From Rickettsiales bacterium (lineage in GTDB: Bacteria > Pseudomonadota > Alphaproteobacteria > Rickettsiales > UBA1997), in the NCBI GenBank assembly GCA_038123275.1, contig JAYORG010000007.1:6299-70298 (forward strand): a stretch of 64,000 nucleotides of DNA. The letters are read 5' to 3'. The notes beneath the pieces were generated by a model that was given only the letters and a program-made list of their open reading frames with translations, was not told the origin of the DNA and did not search any database. The stretch's first letter is position 1. Every line of letters begins with the position of its first letter. The position numbers and the translations under genes are program-made. This document shows positions 10,368 through 19,218 of this stretch, one piece after another.

Positions 10368-10438
10368 TGTCATCCTTAAGCTTAGAAACTCTTATGTATC
10401 TTAAGGTGTATTAGAGTTTTTTATGTGAAGGATCTCAC
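10368..10438 (+). repeat. RPE-like short palindromic repeat, copy 3 (divergent)
   Basis: Starts TGTCATCCTTAAGCTTAGA and ends GTGAAGGATCTCAC. Same termini as the other family members. Confidence 0.6.
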
Positions 10439-10456
10439 ATAAGGAAACGTAATTAA

Positions 10457-11710
10457 ATGAGAATGTCTTTTTATAACCAAGAAACTAAAAATTTACCAGA
10501 TATTAGCGATTTATGCTTAAGTAGCCATTTACAAAAAGTTAAAATTGCTCAAGGTGAGATAGTAAAACAGATCAAAAATAACCAAATTCCACCTCTAAAC
10601 ATCGCCAATAAAATAGATGATTTAGAGTTAATCCAAGACTTATCTAAAAAAATTAAATCTAATTTTAAGAATGTAGCTATTCTTGGGGTTGGAGGTTCTA
10701 GCCTGGGTGCCAAGACAATTGCAGCAATTAAAAATAATCACGATGTTCAAATAGATTTCTTTGAATCTATTGATGGCAACACTATTAAAAACAAATTAAG
10801 TAAAGTAGATTTACAAAAAACTTTCTTTTTGGTCATTAGTAAATCAGGGCAAACTATTGAAACAACCTGTCAGACGTTAATAATTATTGAGGAGTTAAGA
10901 AATAATAAAATTACCAATATTGCCAAACAATTTACTTTTGTAACTCAAAATAAAGATAGTGATATTGGCAAAATTGCTAAAGATATTAATGCTGATATTA
11001 ATGATCATCCAAGTGATATTGGCGGTAGATTTTCTTATCTGACAATTGTTGGGTTATTACCAGCATCATTAATTGGTTTTGATATTAAGAAAATTAGAAA
11101 TGCTGCTAAAAATACATTAGAGGATTTTATTAATGAGGATGAAAAAACCAATGATGTTACTAAAATTTGTGCTTATCAGCTTTATCTATTTGATAAGGGT
11201 TTTGGTTCCAATGTAATTATGCCATATGTTGATGTTTTAAAAGATTTTACTGACTGGTACAGGCAGTTATGGGCTGAATCTTTAGGTAAAGATGGCTTTG
11301 GATCAACGCCAATTAATTCGATGGGAACAGTTGATCAACATAGCCAATTGCAACTTTATTTAGATGGACCAAAAGATAAGTTTTTTACTTTTATAACCAA
11401 TAAAAATCCTAATAATAATTTTACTATTAAAGATTTGGGATCTCATAAAACTAGGTTTGGTAATAAAAATTTAAACGAAATAGTTAGGGCAGAACAAGAA
11501 AGTACAATTGAGATTTTAGCTAAGAAAAGTTTGCCAATTAGAATAGTTGAATTAGAAAAGGTTGATGAAGAAGTTATAAGTGCTTTGATGATGAAAATGT
11601 TTTTAGAAACTATTTTAATAGCTAAGGTAAAAGACATTAATCCTTTTGATCAGCCAGCAGTTGAACTTCGTAAAGTTTTATCAAAAGAATATTTAGATAA
11701 TGCATCTTAA
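10457..11710 (+). CDS. pgi: glucose-6-phosphate isomerase
   Basis: PGI motifs GVGGSSLG, ISKSGQTIET, GGRFSY, and a VDQHSQLQL-like block; 417 aa. Confidence 0.88.
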   Translation: MRMSFYNQETKNLPDISDLCLSSHLQKVKIAQGEIVKQIKNNQIPPLNIANKIDDLELIQDLSKKIKSNFKNVAILGVGGSSLGAKTIAAIKNNHDVQIDFFESIDGNTIKNKLSKVDLQKTFFLVISKSGQTIETTCQTLIIIEELRNNKITNIAKQFTFVTQNKDSDIGKIAKDINADINDHPSDIGGRFSYLTIVGLLPASLIGFDIKKIRNAAKNTLEDFINEDEKTNDVTKICAYQLYLFDKGFGSNVIMPYVDVLKDFTDWYRQLWAESLGKDGFGSTPINSMGTVDQHSQLQLYLDGPKDKFFTFITNKNPNNNFTIKDLGSHKTRFGNKNLNEIVRAEQESTIEILAKKSLPIRIVELEKVDEEVISALMMKMFLETILIAKVKDINPFDQPAVELRKVLSKEYLDNAS

Positions 11711-12182
11711 TGTTAATAACAGATCAATTTTAATATTTTTATTCTTCACCTCATTTTTTGCTCTTTTTTGTGCTTACATTTCCCAATATGTTTTTGGTTT
11801 ACAGCCTTGCATTCTATGTATTTATCAAAGAATTCCGTTCTTTTTAGTTATTTTTATTACTTTATTTGCCCTATTTAATAAGCAAGATAATTGGCAAAAA
11901 TTAGCAATCAAATTAGTTATAATTTTATTAATTTTTAATGCATTACTAGCATTTTATCATGTTGGAGTAGAACAACATATTTTTATTTTTGATGAATGTG
12001 CTGATATGTCTGCCAATATTACTAATTTGGAGGAGTTAAAAAAACAAATTTTACAAACCAAAGCTGTTCGATGTGACGAACCTCAGTTTATTTTATTTGG
12101 CATTTCTATGGCTGGATATAATATTATTTATTGTTTAGGAATTGTTTTAATATCAATTTTGTTTTACAAAAAAATTAAATGA
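11700..12182 (+). CDS. DsbB-family disulfide bond formation protein
   Basis: 160 aa, four predicted TM helices. CxxC in the first loop (CILCIYQR) and a second Cys pair (ECAD...VRCDE). Confidence 0.75.
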   Translation: MHLNVNNRSILIFLFFTSFFALFCAYISQYVFGLQPCILCIYQRIPFFLVIFITLFALFNKQDNWQKLAIKLVIILLIFNALLAFYHVGVEQHIFIFDECADMSANITNLEELKKQILQTKAVRCDEPQFILFGISMAGYNIIYCLGIVLISILFYKKIK

Positions 12183-13588
12183 GTCTTTTAAAGCATTTTG
12201 AAAAAAGAGAAAGAACTTATCCGCAAAATGTAAAAGGTAAATTTCGTCATATTAAAAATATTTCTAGTATTGTTTTTCTGGCAATTTTCTTTTTCTTTCC
12301 TTATTTGCGTTTTGATCGCGGACCAGATTTGCCTAATCAGGCCATATTAATTGATATTGTTAATTCACGTGGCTATTTTTTCTTTATTAAAATTTGGCCA
12401 GAGGAAACATATTATTTTGCAGGTCTTTTAATTTTTGCTGCTACGGCTTTGTTTTTTGTCACTTCTTTATTTGGTAGAGTTTGGTGTGGTTACAGTTGTC
12501 CCCAAACTGTTTGGACAGATTTATTTATTAAGGTTGAAAGGTTTTTCCAAGGAGATCGTAATCAAAGAATTATTTTAGATCGTAAAAATTCTTTTAATAA
12601 ATTCTTAAGAAAAACAGCAACTCATATTGTTTGGATTTTAATTGCTTTAGTAACAGGTTTTGGATTTATATCATATTTTAATGATGTGTTTGTTGTTATT
12701 AGTGGTTTAGTTAATTCCAGTTTAAGCATAAATGTAGCTAGTTGGATTTTTGGTGTTGCTGGCATGACATATATTATGGCTGGTTTTGCTCGTGAACAAG
12801 TTTGTAATTATATGTGTCCTTATGCTCGTTTTCAAAGTGCAATGTTTGATGAGGATACTTTGATTATTGCTTATGATGAAAAAAGAGGTGAGCCTAGACA
12901 AAAATACAAACAAGGTGATTCAATAGAAAATCGTGGACATTGTATAGAATGCAAGCAATGTGTAGTAGTTTGCCCAGCTAATATTGATATCAGAAATGGT
13001 TTACAAATGGAATGCATTGCTTGTGGTCTTTGTATTGATGCTTGTAATAATGTTATGAAAAAGATTGGTTTGCCACCAGATTTAATTAAATATGATACTC
13101 ATCATCATATAAGTGATTCATCAAATAATAAAGTTAAGTTTAGAATTTTAAGGCCAAGAACTTTTGGTTATATTTTTATTTTAAGTATCATTGCTGGTAT
13201 AATTCTTTTGAATTTAGCTCTTAAATCCAGTTTAGATTTAAAAGTAACACCAACTCGAAATCCTATATTTGTTGTGTTATCCAATGGTGACATTAGAAAT
13301 GGTTATGATATAAAAATTTCTAATAAAAATAACTTAGAACAATCCTATAAACTAGAAATAAGTGGCGTTGATAATGTTAATATTAAAATACAAAATCCTC
13401 CAAATCTAGACCTAGAAAATATTAAAGTGAAAGGGGATTCAATTATAGATATTAAACTTTATATTAGTGCTAAAAAAGAGAATTTAGACGATGGTGATGG
13501 CAAAAATGAAATTAAGTTTAGTATAATTAACAATGAGAATAATGAAGTAATTTCTCAGGATAGTATTTTTATGTCTAATTCTAGGTAG
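12179..13588 (+). CDS. ccoG: cytochrome c oxidase (cbb3) accessory protein CcoG/FixG
   Basis: CGYSCPQ motif, two ferredoxin clusters (CIECKQCVVVCP, CIACGLCIDAC), C-terminal Ig-like region. ATGA overlap with the dsbB-like gene. Confidence 0.88.
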   Translation: MSLLKHFEKRERTYPQNVKGKFRHIKNISSIVFLAIFFFFPYLRFDRGPDLPNQAILIDIVNSRGYFFFIKIWPEETYYFAGLLIFAATALFFVTSLFGRVWCGYSCPQTVWTDLFIKVERFFQGDRNQRIILDRKNSFNKFLRKTATHIVWILIALVTGFGFISYFNDVFVVISGLVNSSLSINVASWIFGVAGMTYIMAGFAREQVCNYMCPYARFQSAMFDEDTLIIAYDEKRGEPRQKYKQGDSIENRGHCIECKQCVVVCPANIDIRNGLQMECIACGLCIDACNNVMKKIGLPPDLIKYDTHHHISDSSNNKVKFRILRPRTFGYIFILSIIAGIILLNLALKSSLDLKVTPTRNPIFVVLSNGDIRNGYDIKISNKNNLEQSYKLEISGVDNVNIKIQNPPNLDLENIKVKGDSIIDIKLYISAKKENLDDGDGKNEIKFSIINNENNEVISQDSIFMSNSR

Positions 13589-13589
13589 A

Positions 13590-13787
13590 TTATGATATTG
13601 ATGTGGACATAATTTTCTTATCAGGGCTTAGTTTCTTGCCACCAGAATCAGAGCATTTAGGTTTTGGAGTTCCGCCTGTATTGTTAGATATAGGAGGTGT
13701 AATTTCATCATCATTTCCCTTTTCTTCGACTAAATTTATATTAACATCAAGGTGTTCAGATCCATTTGATTTTTCTTGTTTTGACAT
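13590..13787 (-). CDS. hypothetical small hydrophilic protein (uncertain)
   Basis: 65-aa ATG-initiated ORF in a convergent intergenic gap. No recognisable motif or obvious SD. An 84-aa ORF lies on the opposite strand. Confidence 0.25.
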   Translation of the reverse strand: MSKQEKSNGSEHLDVNINLVEEKGNDDEITPPISNNTGGTPKPKCSDSGGKKLSPDKKIMSTSIS

Positions 13788-13972
13788 AGGAAGTATATTT
13801 CTAAGAAATTCTTATTTATTTAGGGTAGAAATTACTAATGTTTTCTTAAATTTCTAAAAACAAAATATAAAGTAAGAAAGAGTTAATTTTTATCATTGTT
13901 TAGTTCAGCATGTTAACAATCTTTTTGTATATTACAAATTTTGTCGGCATGTTTTATTATAACCTTAATTAA

Positions 13973-15169
13973 CTACTCAGTTAAATTTAAAACAACTGTG
14001 ATTAATGTTCTATAATCGTCCCAGTTAGCATCTTTACAAAAATCATATAATTCTTGATTGCCTCTAACGAAGAATCTTTTTGCTGTTGGTTGTACAACAT
14101 CTATTACTTGTGCTATTGTTAACTTTCTTTTAGATTGAGAACGTCTAACCATTAGTGCTATCTTAATTACCAAAAATTCTAAGGCAATAACAGCAATAGA
14201 GTTATATTGATTAGAAAAGTAATTATTAACAGGGAATATTATATAGCTTAGTTGAGCTTTGAGTAGGTTTTTTAAGATTTGATTGAATTCTTTTTTTGAT
14301 TTTTCCCAATTTTCATATATTACTTCCCAATTTTCAATCAATTCATCTTCGTCGCTATCCTGATCTCCTAAATGCTTTTTGACCATGGCAACCACCATAT
14401 TATATCGAGGTCGGTCTCTATTAATAAGGTCAAACATTGCATCTAAAACACTAAAAATTTCCTCTCTCATATCTACTTCATCTTCATTATTGTAAGATAT
14501 TTTTAGTATTTTATTTTTTGTAATATTATTAATTTCACTATCTATATTATCCCAGTCAAAATCCTCATCCTCATCCATTTTTTGGGATAGAAGTAAAACT
14601 CTTGCTAAAGATTCTTCGGCGCTATATTCAGGATCATCAATCATCTTTGTGATAGAGTTAAAGATGTTAACTACTTCATCTTCATCAAGGTCTTCAAGTC
14701 CTCCAGATCTACCATCATATAATCCTGTTTTGTCACGGCTTTGTGTTATTTCACTCCAGCTAGAAAAATCAGTTTTTTTATTGTTATAAAGGGCAACTTT
14801 TAAACTTTCAGGGCAAGCTAAGTTAGCTGCCATATAAGTGCTATTTTCAATTTGTTTGTAAGTTCTTGGAAAGGTATAACATACGTCCGGAAGGTTTGTT
14901 TCACCATGTTTTTGTTGTAAACTACATAAGCCATTTTTAAGCTGAATACAATCTCCATTATCTCGTTCTTTCATTCTAAAGGCGCCGTCACTGTGGGGTT
15001 CTACATTCTTGGCTATTTCTAAATTATTTTTATCATAATATTTTTTATTTTCAGTAGTGATATTAATAATCCATTGAGAACAACAAGTGTCAACACATTT
15101 ATCTGCAGCACATTTAAAATCATCTAAATATGCTACTTGTTTTACTTTGGAAGATGTTTCTTTGGACAT
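13973..15169 (-). CDS. FliB-family (flagellin lysine-N-methylase-like) Cys-rich protein
   Basis: N-terminal FKCAADKCVDTCCSQW, then GDCIQLKNGLCSLQQKHGETNLPDVCYTFPR. Pattern and ~400-aa length match the FliB/YkgJ-type family. Confidence 0.55.
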   Translation of the reverse strand: MSKETSSKVKQVAYLDDFKCAADKCVDTCCSQWIINITTENKKYYDKNNLEIAKNVEPHSDGAFRMKERDNGDCIQLKNGLCSLQQKHGETNLPDVCYTFPRTYKQIENSTYMAANLACPESLKVALYNNKKTDFSSWSEITQSRDKTGLYDGRSGGLEDLDEDEVVNIFNSITKMIDDPEYSAEESLARVLLLSQKMDEDEDFDWDNIDSEINNITKNKILKISYNNEDEVDMREEIFSVLDAMFDLINRDRPRYNMVVAMVKKHLGDQDSDEDELIENWEVIYENWEKSKKEFNQILKNLLKAQLSYIIFPVNNYFSNQYNSIAVIALEFLVIKIALMVRRSQSKRKLTIAQVIDVVQPTAKRFFVRGNQELYDFCKDANWDDYRTLITVVLNLTE

Positions 15170-15254
15170 AATATTATGTAAAATAATTAATGAATTAAGT
15201 TTAAGACTTAACTGAAGTATAGACTATAATTTACCTTTTAGGGTAAGTGAAAAT

Positions 15255-16037
15255 TTAAATTCTTTTTAGTAAAGTTACAACAAAAAACAAAATAAAACTT
15301 ATTAAAATTATCGCTGGTCCAGATGGAATATCAAAATGATAAGAAGATAAAATACCAAATAATATTGATAAAATAGCAATTAATGTAGAAATAATTACCA
15401 TATTTTTTGGGTTTTTTACTAGTTGCTTCGCAGTTGCCGGTGGAATAACCAGCATTGAAGTAATTAGAAGCGCACCAATAATTTTAATAGAAGCAGCAAT
15501 GGCAATAGCCATTATTATAGTGAGCAATAAGTCCATTTTAAAATTACTAATATTTTGTGATTTTGCTAAATCTCTACTAATTGTGCTTAATATTAGAGAT
15601 TTCCAATTAAGGATAATAACTAAATATATTACTATTGCTCCAGCAAATATAGAATAAATTTGAGTAGTATTAACTATTAATATATCACCAAATAAAAATG
15701 AATGAAGGTTAAAATTAACATTATCACTTAGGCTAATTAATATAATACCAATACTTAAAGCACCATGTGCCAATATTCCTAAAATTGTATCATTAGAAAG
15801 GGCTTCTTTATTTTGTAAATAAGTAAGTAGTAGAGCAAATATTACTATTACTAGAATAATAGAAATATCATGATTTATTCCAAGAATTATTCCAATTCCA
15901 ATTCCAAGTATAGCACTATGTCCTAAAGATTCTCCAAAATAGGACATTTTTTTCCACACGACAAAACAGCCAAGAAGTCCGGTAATTAGAGCAATACCAA
16001 TACCTGAAATAATAGCATTTATTATAAAATCATCCAT
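15255..16037 (-). CDS. znuB: zinc/manganese ABC transporter permease
   Basis: 260 aa, polytopic ABC-3 type membrane protein. Overlaps the upstream ATPase gene by 8 nt. Confidence 0.85.
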   Translation of the reverse strand: MDDFIINAIISGIGIALITGLLGCFVVWKKMSYFGESLGHSAILGIGIGIILGINHDISIILVIVIFALLLTYLQNKEALSNDTILGILAHGALSIGIILISLSDNVNFNLHSFLFGDILIVNTTQIYSIFAGAIVIYLVIILNWKSLILSTISRDLAKSQNISNFKMDLLLTIIMAIAIAASIKIIGALLITSMLVIPPATAKQLVKNPKNMVIISTLIAILSILFGILSSYHFDIPSGPAIILISFILFFVVTLLKRI

Positions 16038-16752
16038 GGCTGTGAGTATGATAATGGTTGTAAACAGACATTAATTCAGACATATCCTGGCCAAAAATTT
16101 CAGTAAATTTAGGATCTTTAGATATAACATCCGGTTTTCCTGAGCAGCAAATATGATGAAATAAACATATTACCTTTTTGGTTGATGACATAACTAAATG
16201 TAAGTCGTGAGATACTAGTAAAATTGCAATTTTTCTCTTTTTATAAATTTTACTTAATAATTCATAAAATTGTAACTGCCCGGAAATATCTAAATTTTGA
16301 TCAGGTTCATCAAGAATTAATAAATCAGGATCTCCCATTAAAGCATTAGCCAATAATAATTTTTGGGTTTCACCACCTGAGAGTTGTGAGATTTGTTTGT
16401 CTAAAATTTTATCAATTTTGGTTTCTAAAATAATTTCTTTTAGTTTATTTTTATTAAACTCTTTATTTAATTTGAGAAAATAATCAGAGCAAATTGGTAT
16501 TGATCTATCAAGATGAATTTTCTGTGGTAAATAACCAATTTCAAGGTTATTTTTGCTTTTAATAGTACCAATATCTGGTTTTTTAATACCAAGTAGAATT
16601 TTGAGTAAGGTTGTTTTTCCAGCACCATTGGGGCCAATTATTGTAATAAAATCTTGTTTTTTTATTTCAATTGAGATGTCATGCAATATAGTCTTTTTGT
16701 CAGCTTTATAAGAAATATTGTTAGTTTTTATGAGAATATTGCTTGTTGGCAT
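16030..16752 (-). CDS. znuC: zinc/manganese ABC transporter ATP-binding protein
   Basis: Walker A GPNGAGKTT, signature LSGGETQ, Walker B LLILDEP, C-terminal His-rich tail HYHTHSHG. Confidence 0.88.
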   Translation of the reverse strand: MPTSNILIKTNNISYKADKKTILHDISIEIKKQDFITIIGPNGAGKTTLLKILLGIKKPDIGTIKSKNNLEIGYLPQKIHLDRSIPICSDYFLKLNKEFNKNKLKEIILETKIDKILDKQISQLSGGETQKLLLANALMGDPDLLILDEPDQNLDISGQLQFYELLSKIYKKRKIAILLVSHDLHLVMSSTKKVICLFHHICCSGKPDVISKDPKFTEIFGQDMSELMSVYNHYHTHSHG

Positions 16753-16773
16753 CTAAAAAGAATAAATATTTAA

Positions 16774-16802
16774 TTGATCTATATTGGCATAGATGGTATA
16801 AT
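16774..16802 (+). promoter_or_regulatory. candidate sigma70 promoter of znuA with an embedded palindromic operator (possible Zur/Mur site)
   Basis: TTGATC-N17-TATAAT (16774-16779 / 16797-16802). Palindrome ATCTAT-ATTGGC-ATAGAT (16777-16794) fills the spacer of the divergent znuCB/znuA region. Confidence 0.4.
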
Positions 16803-16839
16803 ATATTAAGGTTCTTTTGCTTAAATACAATTACTTTAT

Positions 16840-17739
16840 ATGAAAAATTCTTTTAAGATTTTAATAATATTACTAATTTTTATCATATTTCCCCGTGATT
16901 CTTTTGCATCTGCAATTTTATCCTCAATAAAACCAATTGATTCTTTGGTAAAGATGATTGTTAGTAATCCCAAAAATACGGCGCTATTAGTGAATAATAA
17001 TAAAAGTCCTCACGGTTTTAGTCTAAAACCTTCTGATGTTAAAAAAATTAAAGAGGCTAAAATAATATTTTATATTGATGATTCTTTTGAAATTTTTCTA
17101 AGTAAAGCCCTAGAAAACTCTGATCATGTTAAGAAAGTTAGTTTGTTACAAAAAAGTAATTTAAGACTTTTAAAAGTTAGAAATGATGAAGATTGGCATA
17201 GTAAAAAGTCTAGAAAAAGTAATGGTAATATAGATTATCATGTGTGGCTTGATACTAAAAATGCAAAGAAAATATTAAAAACTATTAGAAATGAGTTAAT
17301 AAAATCTTATCCTCAAAATGCTCAAATTTATAAAAATAATTATAAAATAGCTGTTAAAAAGATGGATGATTTATATGAAGATTTAAGAGACCAATTAAAC
17401 AATGTTAGAGATAAAGAATTTATAGTTTTTCATGATGCTAGCCAGTATTTTGAGGAGCAGTTTCATTTAAATAATGTTAGTGCAATAACCACTAATCCAC
17501 ATTTTAATGTTTCCATTAAAAGATTAAAAAAGAATAGGTTAAAAGCTAGAAGTGAAAGTATAAAATGTGTTTTTTATGAGCCACATTTCAATAAAAAGTT
17601 TTCTAATATGGTTGCTAAAAGTTCAAAAGCAAAAATTGCCAAATTAGATCCAATTGGTTTTAATTTAGAACCGTCCAAAAATTTATATTTTACATTGATG
17701 AGAAATCTTGGTGATTCATATTACAATTGTCTATTGTAA
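16840..17739 (+). CDS. znuA: zinc ABC transporter periplasmic substrate-binding protein
   Basis: Signal peptide, SPHGFSLKPSD and DYHVWLD motifs typical of cluster-9 (ZnuA/TroA) SBPs. Confidence 0.82.
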   Translation: MKNSFKILIILLIFIIFPRDSFASAILSSIKPIDSLVKMIVSNPKNTALLVNNNKSPHGFSLKPSDVKKIKEAKIIFYIDDSFEIFLSKALENSDHVKKVSLLQKSNLRLLKVRNDEDWHSKKSRKSNGNIDYHVWLDTKNAKKILKTIRNELIKSYPQNAQIYKNNYKIAVKKMDDLYEDLRDQLNNVRDKEFIVFHDASQYFEEQFHLNNVSAITTNPHFNVSIKRLKKNRLKARSESIKCVFYEPHFNKKFSNMVAKSSKAKIAKLDPIGFNLEPSKNLYFTLMRNLGDSYYNCLL

Positions 17740-18330
17740 GAAGCTTATAATTTGTTGATGAATTTGAGATATTGATTTTGTTCCATCAATAATTTGGAAA
17801 CGGTCTTTATTATTTTGGGCAATTTGCAAAAAGCCATTACCAACTCTTTTATGAAATTCTAAATTCATATCTTCATAGCGGTTATTATCTTTGACTCTTT
17901 TTAGAGTATTTTCTACATCAACATCAATTAAAAAAGTAACATCAGGAGCAAAATTACCAATGGAATTATTTTTAATATTTTCAATAATTTTTAAATCTTC
18001 CTTATGGCCGTATCCCTGATAAGCAAATGTTGAATCAAAAAAACGGTCACAAATAACAATTTTATTATCTTTTAAAGATGGTTTTATTAATTTTTCAACA
18101 TGGTCTCTTCTGGCAGCAAAATTAAGAAGGGTTTCACTAATACCATCCAATTTATTAATATCACCACTAATTAATATTTGGCGAATTTCTTCAGCTGCTT
18201 TTGTTCCACCTGGTTCTCTAGTAAGAATGCTTTGTATATTTTTTTGTTGCAGATAATCAAAAAGTAACTTACTTTGGGTTGACTTACCACAGCCTTCTAC
18301 ACCTTCAAATGTAATAAATTTATATTTCAT
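17731..18330 (-). CDS. tmk: thymidylate kinase
   Basis: The ATG at 18330 gives MKYKFITFEGVEGCGKSTQ (P-loop), REPGGT and DRF motifs; 199 aa. The longer 324-aa ORF listed runs antisense into the SDR gene and is rejected. Confidence 0.9.
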   Translation of the reverse strand: MKYKFITFEGVEGCGKSTQSKLLFDYLQQKNIQSILTREPGGTKAAEEIRQILISGDINKLDGISETLLNFAARRDHVEKLIKPSLKDNKIVICDRFFDSTFAYQGYGHKEDLKIIENIKNNSIGNFAPDVTFLIDVDVENTLKRVKDNNRYEDMNLEFHKRVGNGFLQIAQNNKDRFQIIDGTKSISQIHQQIISFLQ

Positions 18331-18379
18331 AATTTTGGTAAAAATTTTTACTAACTGATTAATAAGACTAATAGATAAA

Positions 18380-19141
18380 ATGACAAAAACAATATTAATT
18401 ACAGGAGCAAGTAGTGGTCTTGGAAAATCTCTGGCTTTAGAATATGCTAAAACAGAAATTATTCTATTTTTAAGTGGCAGAAATGAAAAAAATTTAAAAG
18501 AAGTTAGTAAGATATGTAAAAAGCAGGGAGCTAAAGTTAACAGTAAAATTATTGATGTTAGAGATAAGGAACATATGAAAAAATGGATATTAGAAATTGC
18601 TAAAAAGCAGCCATTAGATCTAATTATTGCTAATGCTGGTATTTCTGCTGGTACAGCAGATGGCATTGAAAGTGAAGAACAAATATCACAAATTTTTACT
18701 ACCAATGTAGATGGTGTTTTAAATACAGTTAATCCAGCAGTAAAAATAATGCAAAAACAAAAATCTGGTCAAATTGCCATTATATCATCTTTAGCAGGTT
18801 TGCGTGGTCTGCCAAGTTCGCCAGCATATAGCGGTAGCAAGGCTGCGGTTCGTGTTTATGGTGAGGGCTTAAGGGGGTCTTTAGCTAAATTTGGTGTTAA
18901 AGTAAATGTTATTTGTCCGGGTTATATTAAAACCCCAATGACAGATGTTAATAATTTTCCAATGCCATTTTTAATTTCTTCTAAAAAAGCTGCTAAAATA
19001 ATTAAAAATGGATTAGAAAAAAATAAATCAAGAATAGCCTTTCCATTTCCACTTTATTTTGTCGTGTGGTTAATGTCTTTAATTTCTACTAAAATTACTG
19101 ATCCAATTTTCGCTAAATTACCAGGAAAATCTTCTTTATAA
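18380..19141 (+). CDS. short-chain dehydrogenase/reductase (SDR) family oxidoreductase
   Basis: TGASSGLG cofactor motif, NAG, catalytic YSGSK. Confidence 0.85.
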   Translation: MTKTILITGASSGLGKSLALEYAKTEIILFLSGRNEKNLKEVSKICKKQGAKVNSKIIDVRDKEHMKKWILEIAKKQPLDLIIANAGISAGTADGIESEEQISQIFTTNVDGVLNTVNPAVKIMQKQKSGQIAIISSLAGLRGLPSSPAYSGSKAAVRVYGEGLRGSLAKFGVKVNVICPGYIKTPMTDVNNFPMPFLISSKKAAKIIKNGLEKNKSRIAFPFPLYFVVWLMSLISTKITDPIFAKLPGKSSL

Positions 19142-19218
19142 AAAAACCCTATACTTTACAAAAAGGTAGATTTATTATCTAGTTGCAGTTTATTTTTTAA
19201 TTAAATCTTCTAAAAACA

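Noticed and set aside
13603-13857. 84-aa plus-strand ORF downstream of ccoG (looked for ccoH/fixH here).
   Set aside because: The sequence has no TM/FixH-like features and overlaps an equally weak minus-strand ORF. It is probably non-coding.
17731-18705. 324-aa version of the tmk ORF extending to 18705.
   Set aside because: The extra 125 N-terminal codons are hydrophobic nonsense antisense to the well-supported SDR gene (18380-19141). The canonical P-loop N-terminus starts at the ATG at 18330.
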